Positions 40,260-53,681 of a stretch of 64,000 nucleotides of DNA are shown piece by piece. The notes under the pieces were generated by a model. The model had not been told where the DNA came from. It did not search any database and saw only the letters and a list, made by a program, of their open reading frames with translations. Numbering within the stretch: the first letter of the stretch is position 1; every line of letters starts with the position of its first letter. The translations under genes were made by a program, and so were the position numbers. This DNA is from Centroscyllium fabricii (lineage: Eukaryota): assembly GCA_051313645.2 (NCBI GenBank), contig JBNRSN020000005.1, positions 196,106,001 through 196,170,000 of the forward strand, written 5' to 3'.

Positions 40260-43200
40260 GATACCGAACTTTTAGAAGAGATGGGCAAAATGGAGAAGGA
40301 GGAGGGGTAGCCCTGATAAAGGATGGGATAAAGACAGTAGCGAGAAAGGATCTTGGCTCCGAAAATCAAGAAGTCGAATCAGTTTGGGTGGAGCTAAGAA
40401 ACAGCAAGGGGCAGAAAACACTGGTGGTAGTTGTTTATAGGCCCCCAAACTACTTGTAATGTAGGGCAGAGTATAAATCCGGAAAGCAGAGGCGCGTGTG
40501 ATGAGGATAATGCGGTAATCATGGGGGACTTTAATCTACATATAGATTGGGCAAACCAAATCTGCATCAATAGTGTGGAGGACGAATTCATGGAATGTAT
40601 ACAAGATAGTTTTCTAGATCAGCATGTTGAGGAACCAACAAGGAACAGGCTATTTTAGATCTAGTATTGTGCAATGAGAAAGGGTTAATTAATAACCTTG
40701 TAGTAAAGGGGCCTTTAGGGAAGAGTGACCATAATATATGATGGAATTTTATATTCAGTTTGAAAGTGATTTAGTTAAATCCAACAGGGAACTTAGATCT
40801 AAACAAAGCAAACTACATAGGTATGAGGGGCGAGTTGGCGAAGGTAGATTGGGAAACTAGATTAAAAGGTATGATGGTGGACAAGCAATGGCTAGCATTT
40901 AAAGAATTAATTCATAAGTTACAACAAATATACATTCCTTTCAGGCACAAAACCCCCACAGGAAAAGTGCTCCAACCATGGTTAACAAGGGAAGTTAAAG
41001 GTAGTATTAGATCAAAGGAGGAGGCTTATAATGTTGCCAAAAAGAGTAGTAAGCCTGAGGATTGGGAGGATTTTAGAATTTCGCAAAGGAGGACTAATAC
41101 ATTGATAAAGAAAGGGAAAATAAAATGAGAAATAAACTAGTGAGAGACATAAAAACAGACTGTAAAAGCTTCTATAGGTATGTAAAAAGGAAAAGCTTAA
41201 AAGTTAATGTGGGTACCTTACAGGCACTGAGAGGAGAAATTATAATGGGGAATAAGGAAATGGCAGAGAAATTAAACAAACATTTTGTGCCTGTCTTCTC
41301 AGAAGAAGACGCAAAAACCTCCCGGAAATAGTGGAGAACTAAGGGTCTAATGAGAGTGGGGAACTGAAAGAAATTAGTATTAGTAAAAAAATAGTACTGG
41401 AGAAATTAATGGGACTGAAAGCTGATAAATCCCCTGGACCTGATGGCCTACATCCTAGGGTTTTGAAAGAGGTGGCTATAGAGATAGTGGATGCATTGTT
41501 TGTAGTCATCCAAAATTCCATAGATTCTAGAACGGTTCCCGCGGATTGGAAGGTAGCAAATGTAACCCCACTATTTAAGAAAGGAGGGAGAGAGAAAATG
41601 GGGAACTACAGAGCAATTAACCTGACAATAGTAGGAAAAATGCTAGAATCTATTATTAAGGACGTGGCAACAGGGAACTTAGAAAATAATAATAGAATTG
41701 GGCAGAGTGAGCACGGATTTATGGAAGGGAAATCGTGTTTGACAAATCTAGAGTTTTTTGAGAATGCAACTAGCAGAATAGATAAGGGGGAACCAGTGGA
41801 TGCGATGTATTTGGATTTTCAGAAGACATTTGATAATATGCCACACGCGGTTATTAAACAAAATTAGGGCTCATGGGATTGGGGGTAATATACTAGCATG
41901 GATTAAGGATTGGTTAACGGACAAAAAACAGAGAGTAGGAATAAACGGGACATTTTCGGGTTGGCAGGCTGTAACTAGTTGGGTACCGCAAGGATCAGTG
42001 CTTGGGCCTCAGCTAATCACAATCTACATCAATGATTTCGATGAGGGGAGCAAATGTAATCATAGAAATCATAGAAATCATAGAAACTTTACAGTGCGGA
42101 TAAAGGCCATTCGGCCCATCCAGTCCGCACCGGCCCAGGAAACTCCTCACTATACTAACCCCATTTGCCCGCATCTGGCCCATAACCCTGTATGTTACGG
42201 TCCTTCATGTGCTGGTCCAAATTTTTTTTAAATGTTGCGATGGTTTCTGCCTCCACCACCCTTACAGGCAGGGAGTTCCACACTTCCACCACCCTCTGAG
42301 TAAAGAAATTTCTCCTTACCTCCCCCCTAAACCTCCCCCCCCTAATCTTGAATCCATGTCCCCTGGTACTTGACTCTCCCACCAAGGGAAACAATGCCCC
42401 TTTATCCACCTTATCGTGTCCCCTCATGATCCTGTATACCTCGATCATGTCACCCCTCAATCTTCTCTTCTCCAAGGCAAACAACCCCAGCCTGTCCAGC
42501 CTTTCCTCGTAGCATAAGTCCCCCAGACCAGGTATCATCCTGGTAAACCTTCTCTGCACCCTCTCCAGGGCAACCACATCCTTCCTGAAGTGCGGTGACC
42601 AGAACTGCACACAGTACTCCAGCTGAGGTCTCACCAGCGTGTTATACAAGTTTAACATTACCTCCCTACTTTTGTACACTATGCCCTGGTTAATAAAGGC
42701 CAGAATTCCGTATGCCTTCTTAACCACCTTGCTTACGTGTCCAGCAACCTTCAGGGAGCTGTGCACCTGTACCCCAAGGTCCCTCTGTTCCTCGGTCCTA
42801 CCTAACGTTTTTTTGTTCATGGTATATTCCCTTACCCCATTTGGTCTGCCGAATTGTATGACCGCGCATTTCTCTGGGTTGAACTCCATTTGCCATTTTT
42901 CTGCCCAACTAACCATTACATTTATATCTTCCTGGAGCCTTTTACTATCTTCATCGTTATTTACCACCCTTCCAATTTTCGTATCATCAGCAAATTTGCT
43001 GATCGTACCCCCCTACCCGTCCTCGGGTACCTCCCCTGACGCGAGAGAGGACCTGAAAATTTGAGACAGGGGGCCCGCAAGCTCTTCCCTGGCCTCGAAC
43101 AGCAGCCTGGGGAACATCGCGTCCGGCCCTGGTGATTTGTCTACCTTTAAGCTTCCCAAGATTTCTAGTACTTCTTCCCTTGTAATGGTAATATCCTCAA

Positions 43201-44705
43201 TTACCCCCCCCTACATTCTGTCCGATTACGATGTCGGTTCCGTCCCTCTCTCTTGTGAATACTGAAGAGAAAAATTCGTTTAGTACCTCCCCCACCGCCT
43301 CGGGCTCGACGCACAGCTTTCCGCTATCGTCCTTAATGGGCCCCACTCTTTCCCTCGTGATCCTTTTGTTTTTTATATAACTGTAAAATGCCTTAGGGTT
43401 ATCCTTGATTTTGCCGGCCATTGCAATCTCATGACCCCTCTTGGCTTTTCTTATCTCCTTCTTTAATTCCCCCCTATACTTCTTATACTCCCCTAGCGCC
43501 TCCTCAGTTTTTAGCCGTTTATATTCATTGAAGGCCCCCCTTTTTTTCTTCATTAATTTACATATATCCCTAGACATCCAAGGTTCCCTTTGTTTACCTC
43601 CCCCGCCCTTGATTTTTGCAGGAACATGTTCCTCCTGTATCTTCCCGACCTTCCCTCTGAAGGCCTCCCACTGCTCTGATGCAGATCTTCCTCTGAGAAG
43701 ATGGCCCCAGTCTACTGCGGCTACATCGCGCCTAATTTTAATTACCTAATCTATCCAAGTTTGCTGATGATACAAAGCTAGGTGGGAATGTAACTTCTGA
43801 GGAGGATGGAAAGAGGCTTCAAGGGGATATAAACAAGATATGTACGTGGGCAAGAACATGGCAAATGGAAAAAATGTGGAGAAATGTGAGGTTATCCATT
43901 TTGGTAGGAAAAATAGAAAAGCAGAATATTTTTAAATAGTGAGAGATTGGGAAATGTTAGTGTTCAGAGTGACCTGAGTGTCTGTCCTTGGACACGAATC
44001 ACTGAAAGTTAACATGCAGGTGTACAGCAAGCAATTAAAGGCCAGCATACCATTTTTTTAAAAACAAGAAGATTTCAGTATAGAAAGAGTAAAGACGTCT
44101 TGCTGCAATTACATAGGGCCCTGGTGCATTGTGTACAGTTTTGCTCTCCTTACCTAAGGAAGGATATACTTGCCATAGAGGGAATGCAACAAAGGTTCAC
44201 CAGACTGATTCCTGGGATGGGGGGATTGTCCTATGAGAGATTGAGTAGACTGGGCCTATCTTCTCTGAGTTTAGAAGAATGGGCGGTGATCTCATAGAAC
44301 CATACACAATTTTTACAGGGCTTGACAGGGTAACATAGAAGATAGGAGCAGGAGTAGGCCATTCGGCCCTTCGAGCCTGATGCAGGGAGGATGTTTCCCC
44401 TGGCTGGGGAGTCTAGAACCAGGGGGTCACAGTCTCAGAATAAGGGGCTGGCCATTTAGGACTGAGATGAGGAGAAATGTTTTCACTGAGGGTGATGAAC
44501 CTTTGGAATTCTCTACCCCAGAGGGCTGTGGAGACTCAGTCATTGAGTATATTCAAGACAGTGATCAATAGATTTTTGGATATTAAGGAAATCGAGATAT
44601 GGTCCAGGAACGTGGAGTTGAGGTAGAAGATCAGCCATGATCTTATTGAATGGCGGAGCAGGAATGAGAGGCCGAATGGCCTACTCCTGCTCCTATTTCT
44701 TACGT
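40260..44705 (+). mobile_element. CR1 LINE, older and degenerate, host to nested insertions
   Basis: Fragments run from APE to RT. The sequence is interrupted at KCN|LSKFADD and resumes at 43752, with a tail near 44700. Confidence 0.9.
42062..43746 (-). mobile_element. CR1 LINE of a different subfamily, nested antisense, RT core deleted
   Basis: Clean ORFs 42155..42967 and 43197..43577 and a (CTATGATTT)n tail. TAATC is duplicated at 42057-42061 and 43747-43751. The translation jumps from GEVPED to GGTISKFADD near 43010. Confidence 0.92.
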
Positions 44706-45624
44706 TATTAAGTCTTGCTGCAGTTATAGAGGGCTTTTGGTGAGACCACACCTGGAGTACTGTGTACAGTTTTGGTCTCCTTACCCAAGGAAAGATATAC
44801 TTGGGGGTACAACAAAGGTTCACTAGATTGATTCCTGGGATGAGAGGGTTGTCCTATGAGGAGAGTAAATCTTCAAGTGTAACAAATACCGGAGTTCGTT
44901 GATATGTCCTCTGTACCTCCTTGTTTGGCTTCGATAAGGGTGTCGAAGACCTTTGCAGCCTGTAATTCTCTTACATTTGTCCACCCCAGTCGAACACCGG
45001 CACCTCCACATCATGTAATTCTCTAACCAGTTCATGTACTTTCCCGCAATTGGCATTATCAATTTTCTACAGTCAGTGTGTTAATGCCACTAGACTGCTT
45101 TTGAAGGCTGCTTCAACCTTTTTGTATCACCTAATATCCATAGTTTTCCAGCATGTTGAGTATTCAGTGAAGCATTTACAACAGTTCTACTGGCCCAGAT
45201 TCGAGTCTGCAGTTGATGCTGTTCCTGACTACTTTAATAAAGATTATGAATGTCCATGTGACATCACCCAAGACGATCTTCTGGTCTGAAAAATCCAGTT
45301 CATATCTTGTGTGAAGGTACAGAGAATTTCCTCAGCTCTTTTACTAAAGACCAGAGAATTGTTATAGCCCTTCACAAGCTTTACATCCTCTGAGCAATAT
45401 AGATGTTCCATAGCAGTTTTTTTTAACTATAGCCTGTAGAGTTTGCCTCCTACATTTAGTTTTTTTTGACAGTTTGCCGACCAACAATGTAAACTCCTGT
45501 TGCTGTTTAACAATTAATAAATAAATTGCTGCATTTAATACAGCAAGTGTCTATTTAAAGTTAAGTCTAAATGGAAAAATTACGAGTCTTGTCCCCTTTG
45601 TGCTGCTAACTCTCAAAGTTAATT

Positions 45625-48600
45625 TAGATAGAGTCATAGAGTCATAGAAAATAGGTGCAGGAGAAGACCATTTGGTCCGTCGAGCCCGCACCGCCACTCA
45701 ATACGTTCATGGCTGAACACAAGAACAGAAGACACAAGAACACAGGAACACAAGAACCCCATAAATAGGAGCAGGAGTAGGCCAATCGGCCCCCCAAGCC
45801 CGCCCCCTCACCCATCAAGATCATTGCTGATCCTACCCTAACCTTCGTACCACTATCACCCTTCTCCCACCCAAAGAACCGTGATCTCCTGGGAGAGGCG
45901 AAAAACCGGATAAAAACCCAGGTCCAATTTGGGAAAAAAATCCGGGAAATTCCTCTCCGACCCCAATCCAGGCGATCGAAACTTGTCCAGGAGATCACTC
46001 AGGTCTTACTATACTAACCATAACTCAGGTCCACTTCCCTGCCCGCTCCCCGTAACCCCTAATTCCCTTGTCAGCTAAAAAACAGTCTATTTCGGTTTTA
46101 AATTTATTTAATGTTCCCGCTTCCACAGCTCCCTGAGGCAGTGAATTCCACAGATTAACCACCCTCTGGGTGAAGAAGTTTCTCCTCATCTCAGTTTTAA
46201 AAGAGCCCCCCCTTATTCTAAGACTATGCCCCCTAGTTCTAGTCTCCCCGATCATTGGAAACATCCTTGGCGCATCCACCCGATCAAGGCCCCTCACGAT
46301 CTTATACGTTTCAATAAGATCGCCTCTCATTCTTCTGAACTCTAAAGAGTAGAGTCCCAGCCTACTTAACCTTTCCTCATATGTCAACCCCCTCATCGCT
46401 GGAATTAACCGTGTAAACCTTCTCTGCACTGCCTCCAGGGCAAGTACATCCTTAAGTATGGACACCAAAACTGCACACAATATTCCAAATGCGGTCTCAC
46501 CAATACTGTGTACAGCTGCAGCAAGACCTCCCTGCTTTTATACTCTATCCCCCTAGCAATAAAGGCTAAGACTCCATTGGCCTTCCTAATCACTTGCTGC
46601 ACCTGCATACTAACTTTTTGTGATTCATGCACTAATACCCCCAGGCCTCTTTGCGTTGTATTACAATGCAGCTCCTCCCCATTTAGAAAATAACTTGCCC
46701 TATGATTTTTTTTTCCAAAGTGTATAACTTCACATTTATCAGTATTAAATTTCATCTGCCAAATTGCTGCCCAATCACCTAGCTTATCTATATCCTTTTG
46801 CAGGCTTTTTCTGTCCTCCTCACTCCCTGCTTTTCCTCCCATTTTTGTGTCATCTGCAAACTTTGATATATTACACTTGGTCCCCTCCTCCAAATCATTT
46901 ATATAGATTGTAAACAGCTGGGGTCCCAGCACCGACCCCTGCGGAACACCGCTAGTCACCGATTGCCATCCCGAGTATGAACCATTTATCCCAACTCTCT
47001 GCTTCCTGTTTGAAAGCCAATCCTCTACCCATGCTAATATATTTCCCCCAATCCCATAATTTTTTATTTTATGCAATAGTCTCTTATGTGGCACCTTGTC
47101 AAAAGCCTTTTGGAAGTCCAAGTGTACCACATCCACCGGTTCCCCTTTATCCACCCGAGATGTTACTTCCTCAAAGAATTCGAGCAAATTAGTTAAACAT
47201 GACTTCCCCTTCGTAAAACCATGCTGACTCTGTCCGATTAAGTCATGTTTATCCAAGTGCCCCGTCAGTGTTTCTTTAATAATGGTCTCTAACATTTTAC
47301 CCACCACAGATGTTAGACTAACCGGTCTATAGTTACCAGCCTTCTGTCTACTTCCCTTTTTAAATATAGGTGTTACATTAGCCATTTTCCAATCCACCGG
47401 GACCCTTCCTGACTCCAGGGAGTTTTGGAAAATTATCACCAATGCATCCACAATCCCCACCGCTATTTCTCTCAAGACCCTAGGATGTAATCCATCAGGC
47501 CCAGGGGATTTATCCGCCTTAAGTCCCATTAATTTACCTAATACCATCTCCTTAGTGATCTTAATAGTGTTTAGCTCCTCCATTCCTATAGCCCCCTGTT
47601 TATCCAGCGTTGGAATATTTTTAATGTCTTCTACGGTAAAGACTGATACAAAATATTCATTTGATGCTTTTGCCATCTCCATGTTCCCCACCAACAACTT
47701 CCCAGTCTCACCCTCCAATGGACCAACATTCACCTTAGCCACCCTTTTTCTTTTTATATAACTATAAAAACTCTTGCTATTAGTTTTTATGTTTTTCGCT
47801 AAGTTACTTTCATAATCTATTTTCCCCTTCTTAATTAATCTCTTTGTTATTTTTTGCTGACTTTTAAATGCTTCCCAGTCTTCTGTCTTCCCACTGTATC
47901 TGGCTACCTTGTATGCCCTCGCCTTTAGCCGAATACTATCCTTTATTACTTTACTTAGCCATGGTTGGCTGCCCTTTCCATTACCCCTTTTTTTCTTCAG
48001 TGGAATGTATTTTTCTTGAAGGTTGTACACTAACTCCTTAAAAGTACGCCACTGCTCATGTACTGTCTTATTCTTTAGTCCGTTATCCCAATCTACTTTA
48101 ATCAGTTCTGTTCTCATACCTTCATAGTCTCCCTTGTTTAGACTAAGTACCCTGGTTTGAGTTTCAAATTGCTCCCCCTCTAGTTGAATATGGAATTCAA
48201 CCATATTGTGGTCACTCGTTCCAAGAGGGTCCCTAACTATGACATTTTTAATTAATCCTGCTTCATTACACAGGACCAGATCCAAGATTGCCTCCCCCCT
48301 TGTCGGTTCAGTGACATACTGTTCTAAGAACCCATCCCTAATACACTCTATAAACTGTTCCTCTAGTCTACCCTGCCCAGTCTGATTTGTCCAGTTGATA
48401 TGAAAGTTAAAGTCCCCCATGATTACAGCAGTTCCCTTATTACATGCTTCAACTATTTGCTGATTTATGTTCTGACCAACAGAGTCACAACTATTGGGAG
48501 GTCTATAGATTACACCCACTAGTGTTTTTTCCCCCTTATTATTCTCTATCTGTACCCAAGCTGTTTCACTATCCTGATCATTTGACCCAATATCCTTCCT

Positions 48601-49300
48601 TTCTATTGCAGTTATTCCATCCTTTATTAAAAAGGCCACCCCACCTCCTTTTCTTTCCTGTCTGTCTTTTCTGATTGTCAAGTAACCCTCTATGTTTAAC
48701 TCCCAGTCCTGATCACCTTGCAGCCATGCTTCTGTAATGGCCACAATATCATACCTATACGTGCTTAATTGTACCGTCAATTCATCTATCTTATTGCGAA
48801 TACTACGTGCATTCAGATAAAGCACTTTCACATGTGTTTTACTACCCTTTATTTCTGTTTTTACTCCTTTTACGACTCTACCTTTATCTTCATACATTCT
48901 GTATCCTCCTAGCACACTTTGATTTTCAGATTCCCCACTGAAACCCTGCTCTATTTCCTTTACCCCTGTCGTTATTATCTCTCTTGAATCCTCCCCCCCG
49001 CTACTTAGTTTAAAGACACCTCTATTGCCCTAGTTATATGATTTGCCAGGACCCTAGTCCCAGCACGGTTCAGGTGAAGTCCGTCCCAACGGAACAGCTC
49101 CCCCCTGTCCCAGTACTGATGCCAGTGTCCCAAGAAACCAAACCCATTTTCCCCACACCAGTCTTTGAGCCACGCATTTAGCTCTCTAATTTTATTTACT
49201 CTCGCCAATTTAGCCCGTGGCTCAGGTAGTAATCCGGAGATTATTACCCTGGAGGTTCTGTTTTTTAATTTGTTCCCTAACAGCTCAAACTCCCTTAACC
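45625..49300 (-). mobile_element. CR1 LINE, nearly intact ORF2 plus the 3' part of esterase-type ORF1
   Basis: An 836-aa APE+RT ORF and a 151-aa C-terminal ORF are separated by one small deletion near 46452. The ORF1 fragment has the SGNH-like motif WDGLHLNRAG. Confidence 0.96.
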
Positions 49301-49451
49301 GAATGACAGCTCTCTGCATTACCCAGCTGCTCAACAGTGTTGTTCACTGGAAATATGAGCAGCTGAGCCACACCCTGCTCAAAGTATCAGTCTTTGGTTT
49401 CCAGCTGCCCAACAGGGCATTTGTAGACTGCTACCTTCTCTGAACGGGATT

Positions 49452-51000
49452 TCAGTTCAATTCAATTTTATTGTCATTGCAGAGTACTAGTACAGGTTGT
49501 GCACCATTAATCCGCCACGGGCGGGACCAGGCCCGTGCCGGGAAACTGAAAAAACCGGAAGAACGAAGTTGGACACTGCGCATGCGCGCACCATTCAAAA
49601 TGGCCGCGCGCATGCGCACAACATTGGGAATGACTGGCGCGCGCATGCGCAGATCATCCAATAATGGCCGCCGCAAAGTTTTTTGAGGGGCTCAGGCTTG
49701 TGTGGCGTTCCGTTTGCCTTTTAGGGCTGTCGGGCAGCAGTGAAAGGCCGGTCTTGCAGGGGGGGAAGGAGGGTTGTGCGGGCGCGGGTTGGGCCCAGTA
49801 GGTCCGCCTTCCCTCTCCATCGCCTTTGGGGTTGCTGCTGCCGCCGAGCCGGACTCAGGCTGACAGCTGTTGCCTGGTGACTGTCCGCCTCAGTCACGGG
49901 GCTCAGCTGTCGAGAAAATAACCGGCGGCCGTATTGAATTATCTGCGCATGCGCCAGCCGTCCGGCGACGCATGCGCAGATCATTCAAAACACCCGGCAG
50001 CCGTTTTGCATGATCTGCACATGCGCTCGCCGTTCAGCGGCGCATGCGCAGATCATTCGCCGAAGCCGCGATGGCGGCTGCCATCTTGTGCATGCGCAGT
50101 GCAGTCGGGGCAATTTGTGCCGGCAGACTGAAGCTGCTGGCTTTTCGGGACACGGATTTTCGGTGCACAACCTGTGCAATACAATACAACGAAATGAAGA
50201 CTCGCCGCTCCCGAGAGTAGTGCAAATAAGTTACATACAATTGCATACAGTAAGGTACATTTCAGGTGTGCAGATACTGGAGTTTTTTATTAGAGTTCAG
50301 GTGGCTGACAGCGCTGGGGAAGAAGCTGTTCTTGAATCTAGTCGTGCGGGTGCGAATTGATCTGTAGCGTCTCCTGGAGGGCAGGGGGGGCGAACAGACT
50401 GTGGCTGGGGTGTGTGGGGTCTTTAATAATGTTCAGAGACCTCCATAGGCAGCGTTTGAGGTAGATGCATTCAATTGACGGTAGCTGGGTGCCGGTGATT
50501 CGTTGGGCAGTTTTGACTACCCGCTGCAGGGCCTTCCGGTCTGAGATGGTGCAGTTTCCATACCAGACTGTGATGCAGCTTGTCAGTATGCTTTCGATTG
50601 TGCAGCGGTAGAAGTTGGTGAGGATGCCGGATGTCAGCTTGGCTTTTTTCAGCTTCCTTAGGAAATACAGGCGCTGTTGGGCCTTCTTTATCAGAGAGGA
50701 GGTGTTTAGTGACCAGGAGAGGTCTTCCGAGATGTGGACCCTGAGGAACTTGAAGCTGGACACCCTTTCCACCTCAGCCCCTTGGATAAAGATGGGGGGG
50801 TGTCTTCTGCTTTTAATCTTCCGGAAGTCCACTATGATCTCCTTAGTTTTCTTGGTGTTCAGTGCCAGGTTGTTGTCGGCACACCATCCCACAAAGCGCT
50901 GGATCTCATCCCTGTAGGCTGACTCATCGTTGTTGGTGATCTGGTCAACCACCGTGGTGTCGTCCGCAAACTTGATGATCATTGTTGGAGCCATGGACAG
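49452..51000 (-). mobile_element. Rex1/Babar-clade LINE, 5'-truncated, with MITE copy 3 in its 3' UTR
   Basis: ORF 50338..51018 has KFADDTTVV...KTKEIIVDFRK...KKAQQRLYFLRKL...FYRCTIESILT. The tail is AATAAAATTGAATTGAACTGAA. Confidence 0.85.
49493..50174 (+). mobile_element. pogo/Tigger-like MITE, copy 3, with about 230-bp cargo
   Basis: TA|CAGGTTGTGCACC ... GGTGCACAACCTG|TG. Arms are rich in NRF1/YY1 motifs. Unique centre at about 49685-49914. Confidence 0.85.
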
Positions 51001-51639
51001 ACTGATCAATATAAGCAATAGAAAAGCAGGGTTTGATCACTATATCTGCAGATCACTCCAATCAGTGATCACTACAAGCGGATTCTACTACATACTGGAA
51101 GTTTTTGTTATTTATCCTTACACTTTTTCTTCCCTTACCTCTGCCCCCTCAAAGTTTTAAAGACTTTGAGGATAAGTGTTTTAGTGTTGCAGCAAGATGT
51201 ATATAGTAGAACTGTGAAAAGCATATGTACAAAAATATCAATGTATAATTAAATGCGTTAGACAATTGTACATAATGAACCACTACATCCTTTAGTTTCT
51301 GTGCCATTCTTAAAATTGAAATTTAATTGATAGACATGCCACATATACAATGCATATCTTGTGAATTTTGTAGCGTGGTATTGTGCAATCATTGTCTTCG
51401 TGGTTATGCATATGTAAGTTTATATTTATATATAAAGTATTTTTCCAAAAGTGATGAATCACAACCTTGTTTTCTGATAATGCTCCTGTGAATTGCCTTG
51501 GGATGTTTTACTACATTAAAGGCGCTATATAAATAGATTTTTAAGATAAAATCCAAACGACTTTGTAATATAAAGTCCATTAAATATTTTCTTTGAGGAG
51601 TGTTTTTATCATTGTATTTTTATTATTGTATTTAAAATA

Positions 51640-52510
51640 CATGGAATCATAATGATACAGCGCAGGCGGCCATTCCGCCCATCGTGCCTGTACCGACTCT
51701 TCGAAAGAGCTATCCAGTTAGTGCCACTCCTGTGCCCTTTCTCCATAGCCCTGCAAATTTTTCCCCTTCAAGTATTTATCCAATTCCCTTTTGAAAGTTA
51801 TTATTGAAGCTGATCTGCTTCCATCACAATCGGGCAGTGCATTCCAGATCATCATAACTCACTGCGTAAAATAATTTCTCCTAATCCTGCCTCTTGATAT
51901 TTTGCTAATTTCCTTGAATCAGTCCTTTTTTGCCGACCCTTCTGCCACTGGAAACAGTTTCTCCTTATTTACTCTATTAAAACCCGCCATCATTTTGAAC
52001 ACCTCTATTAAATCTCCCCTTAACCTGCTCTGCTCGAAGGAGAACAGCCCCAGTTTCTCTAGTCTCTCCACATATCTGAAATCTCGTATCCCTGGTACCA
52101 TTCTAACAGATCTCCTCTGCACCCTCGGTAAGGTCTTGACATCATTCCTAAAGTGCGGTGCTCCGAATTGAACACACTACTCCAGCTGGGGCCTGAACAG
52201 TGTTTTATAAATGTTTAGCATAACTTCCTTGCTTTTGTACTTTATTCCTCTTTTCATAAACCCAAGGATCCCATATTCTTTTTTAACTACCTTATTAGAC
52301 TCTTGTGGAATCGAGGGATATGGGGATCGGGCAGGAAAGTGGATTTGAGGTAGAAGATCAGCCATGATCCGTATGGCCTACTCCTGCTCCTAATTCTTAT
52401 GTTCTCAACTTGTTCTGCTACCTTCAAAGATTTGTGTACCTACATTCCCAAGTGTCTGTTGCTGCACCCCTTTAAAATTGTACCATTTAGTTTATATTGC
52501 CTCTCTTCAT
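51640..52510 (-). mobile_element. Old CR1 3' fragment with a + strand CR1 tail piece inside (about 52297-52404)
   Basis: ORF 51919..52122 (ERLEKLGLFS...RGDLIEVFK) and CR1 UTR motifs. Confidence 0.82.
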
Positions 52511-53392
52511 TGATGAACCCGCTGTAACGTGCCAGTATTTTCAATTTCAAATTTCCCCCTTTTCTTGTCCTTTTAATCTAGTTACTTCCTTTCCTTTGTT
52601 CAAATGCCTTTTTGCCTCAGTCAAGATCTTTGTATAACCTCCACTAGGCTTCACCTCTTTCTATCTTTTTGGAAAAAAACTGTCAGCTGATCAACCTAAT
52701 AAGTACCTTTTTTGACAGGAATCAGCATTCATGTTCTCTTCTTACCTTCCTCCATCTTCCCTCTTTGTTTTGTTGAATGCTGTTTGATGGATTCACTTAT
52801 CTTCCAGTTGTAGTGAAGGGTTGTTTTTTTACTTGCTGGTAAACTTGGGTATTTTCAATGTTTATACTTTTATTTCAGATTTCCAATATTTGCAGATTTT
52901 TCTCTTTATTTGTAAGTTTAGTTCTTCATTTTGGAAAAACAATAATTGGTGCAATGGTTTTTTTCTTGAAGTACCTGTATAAATTGATGTCTTAGTGTTT
53001 GCATTTTTAAAGGTAGTTGATATCTAATATTGAAGCTGTACTCTGTAGCAGGTGTACCGTGTAACTCAAAAATGCAATACAATGAAAGCACAAGCTCATT
53101 AATATTGCAAATAAGGTTCTGGTTTTACATTTAATACTATAATGCCATGAAGAGAAACTTCCCAGTGGACGTGGACGCTGAAACCATTCTAGGCCAAATG
53201 TTTATCGTATTAAATTAAATGTTGTAGTTCGTGTCATGTAGAGTTAGGTTAGTTTAGTCGTCACGGTGTTGTGCTAAAGATGCTGTATAATTCTACAACT
53301 GCACGACCACTGGAGAGATCAGCATCTGTTGACAGTGGGATCAACTGCATGTACATTATTCGGTTTGTTGAAAATACACTTATTTCTTGCAG

Positions 53393-53454
53393 ACCACAAG
53401 ATGTACAAGGTCATGAGCTGACTTTGCCAGCAACTATAGAGTTCCGAGAAAGCT
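53393..53454 (+). CDS. AFDN: Afadin exon (PQDVQGHELTLPATIEFRES)
   Basis: Boundaries are ttgcag|A...AGCT|gtaagt. Matches afadin GPELILPASIEFRES. 62 nt, phase 2/1. Confidence 0.94.
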
Positions 53455-53681
53455 GTAAGTAGCTACAATTACTTAACCTTGCAGTAGATGCACATGTTGC
53501 AGGTTATAAGATAAAGAATTAATTATATCCAGGGTTTGGCATCCCCAATACAATATTCACCTAGTAGAAGAGCTTTCTATTTTACAGTATAATCACTGGT
53601 ATTCTTAAGTCATGCCTTTGTTCCTGTTTTTAAAATTAATAAGTATTGTGTCCAGTTGTATTAAGCAGTTATATTTTTACA

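Noticed and set aside
44875-45015. Possible end of a second Penelope family (TTGTCCACCCCAGTCGAACACCGGCACCTCCACATCAT)
   Set aside because: The resemblance is from memory only. There is no hammerhead core, TSD or second copy in the window.
46405-48915. 836-aa reverse transcriptase ORF as a cellular gene or a prokaryotic retron/DGR-type system
   Set aside because: The APE+RT architecture, esterase ORF1, CR1 tail and many decayed paralogues in the window identify it as a CR1 LINE inside a eukaryotic intron.
50338-51018. 226-aa ORF as a host gene (this region is often labelled ALKBH8 N-terminal-like)
   Set aside because: It begins at the FADD RT motif and ends in a LINE tail, so it is a Rex1/Babar fragment.
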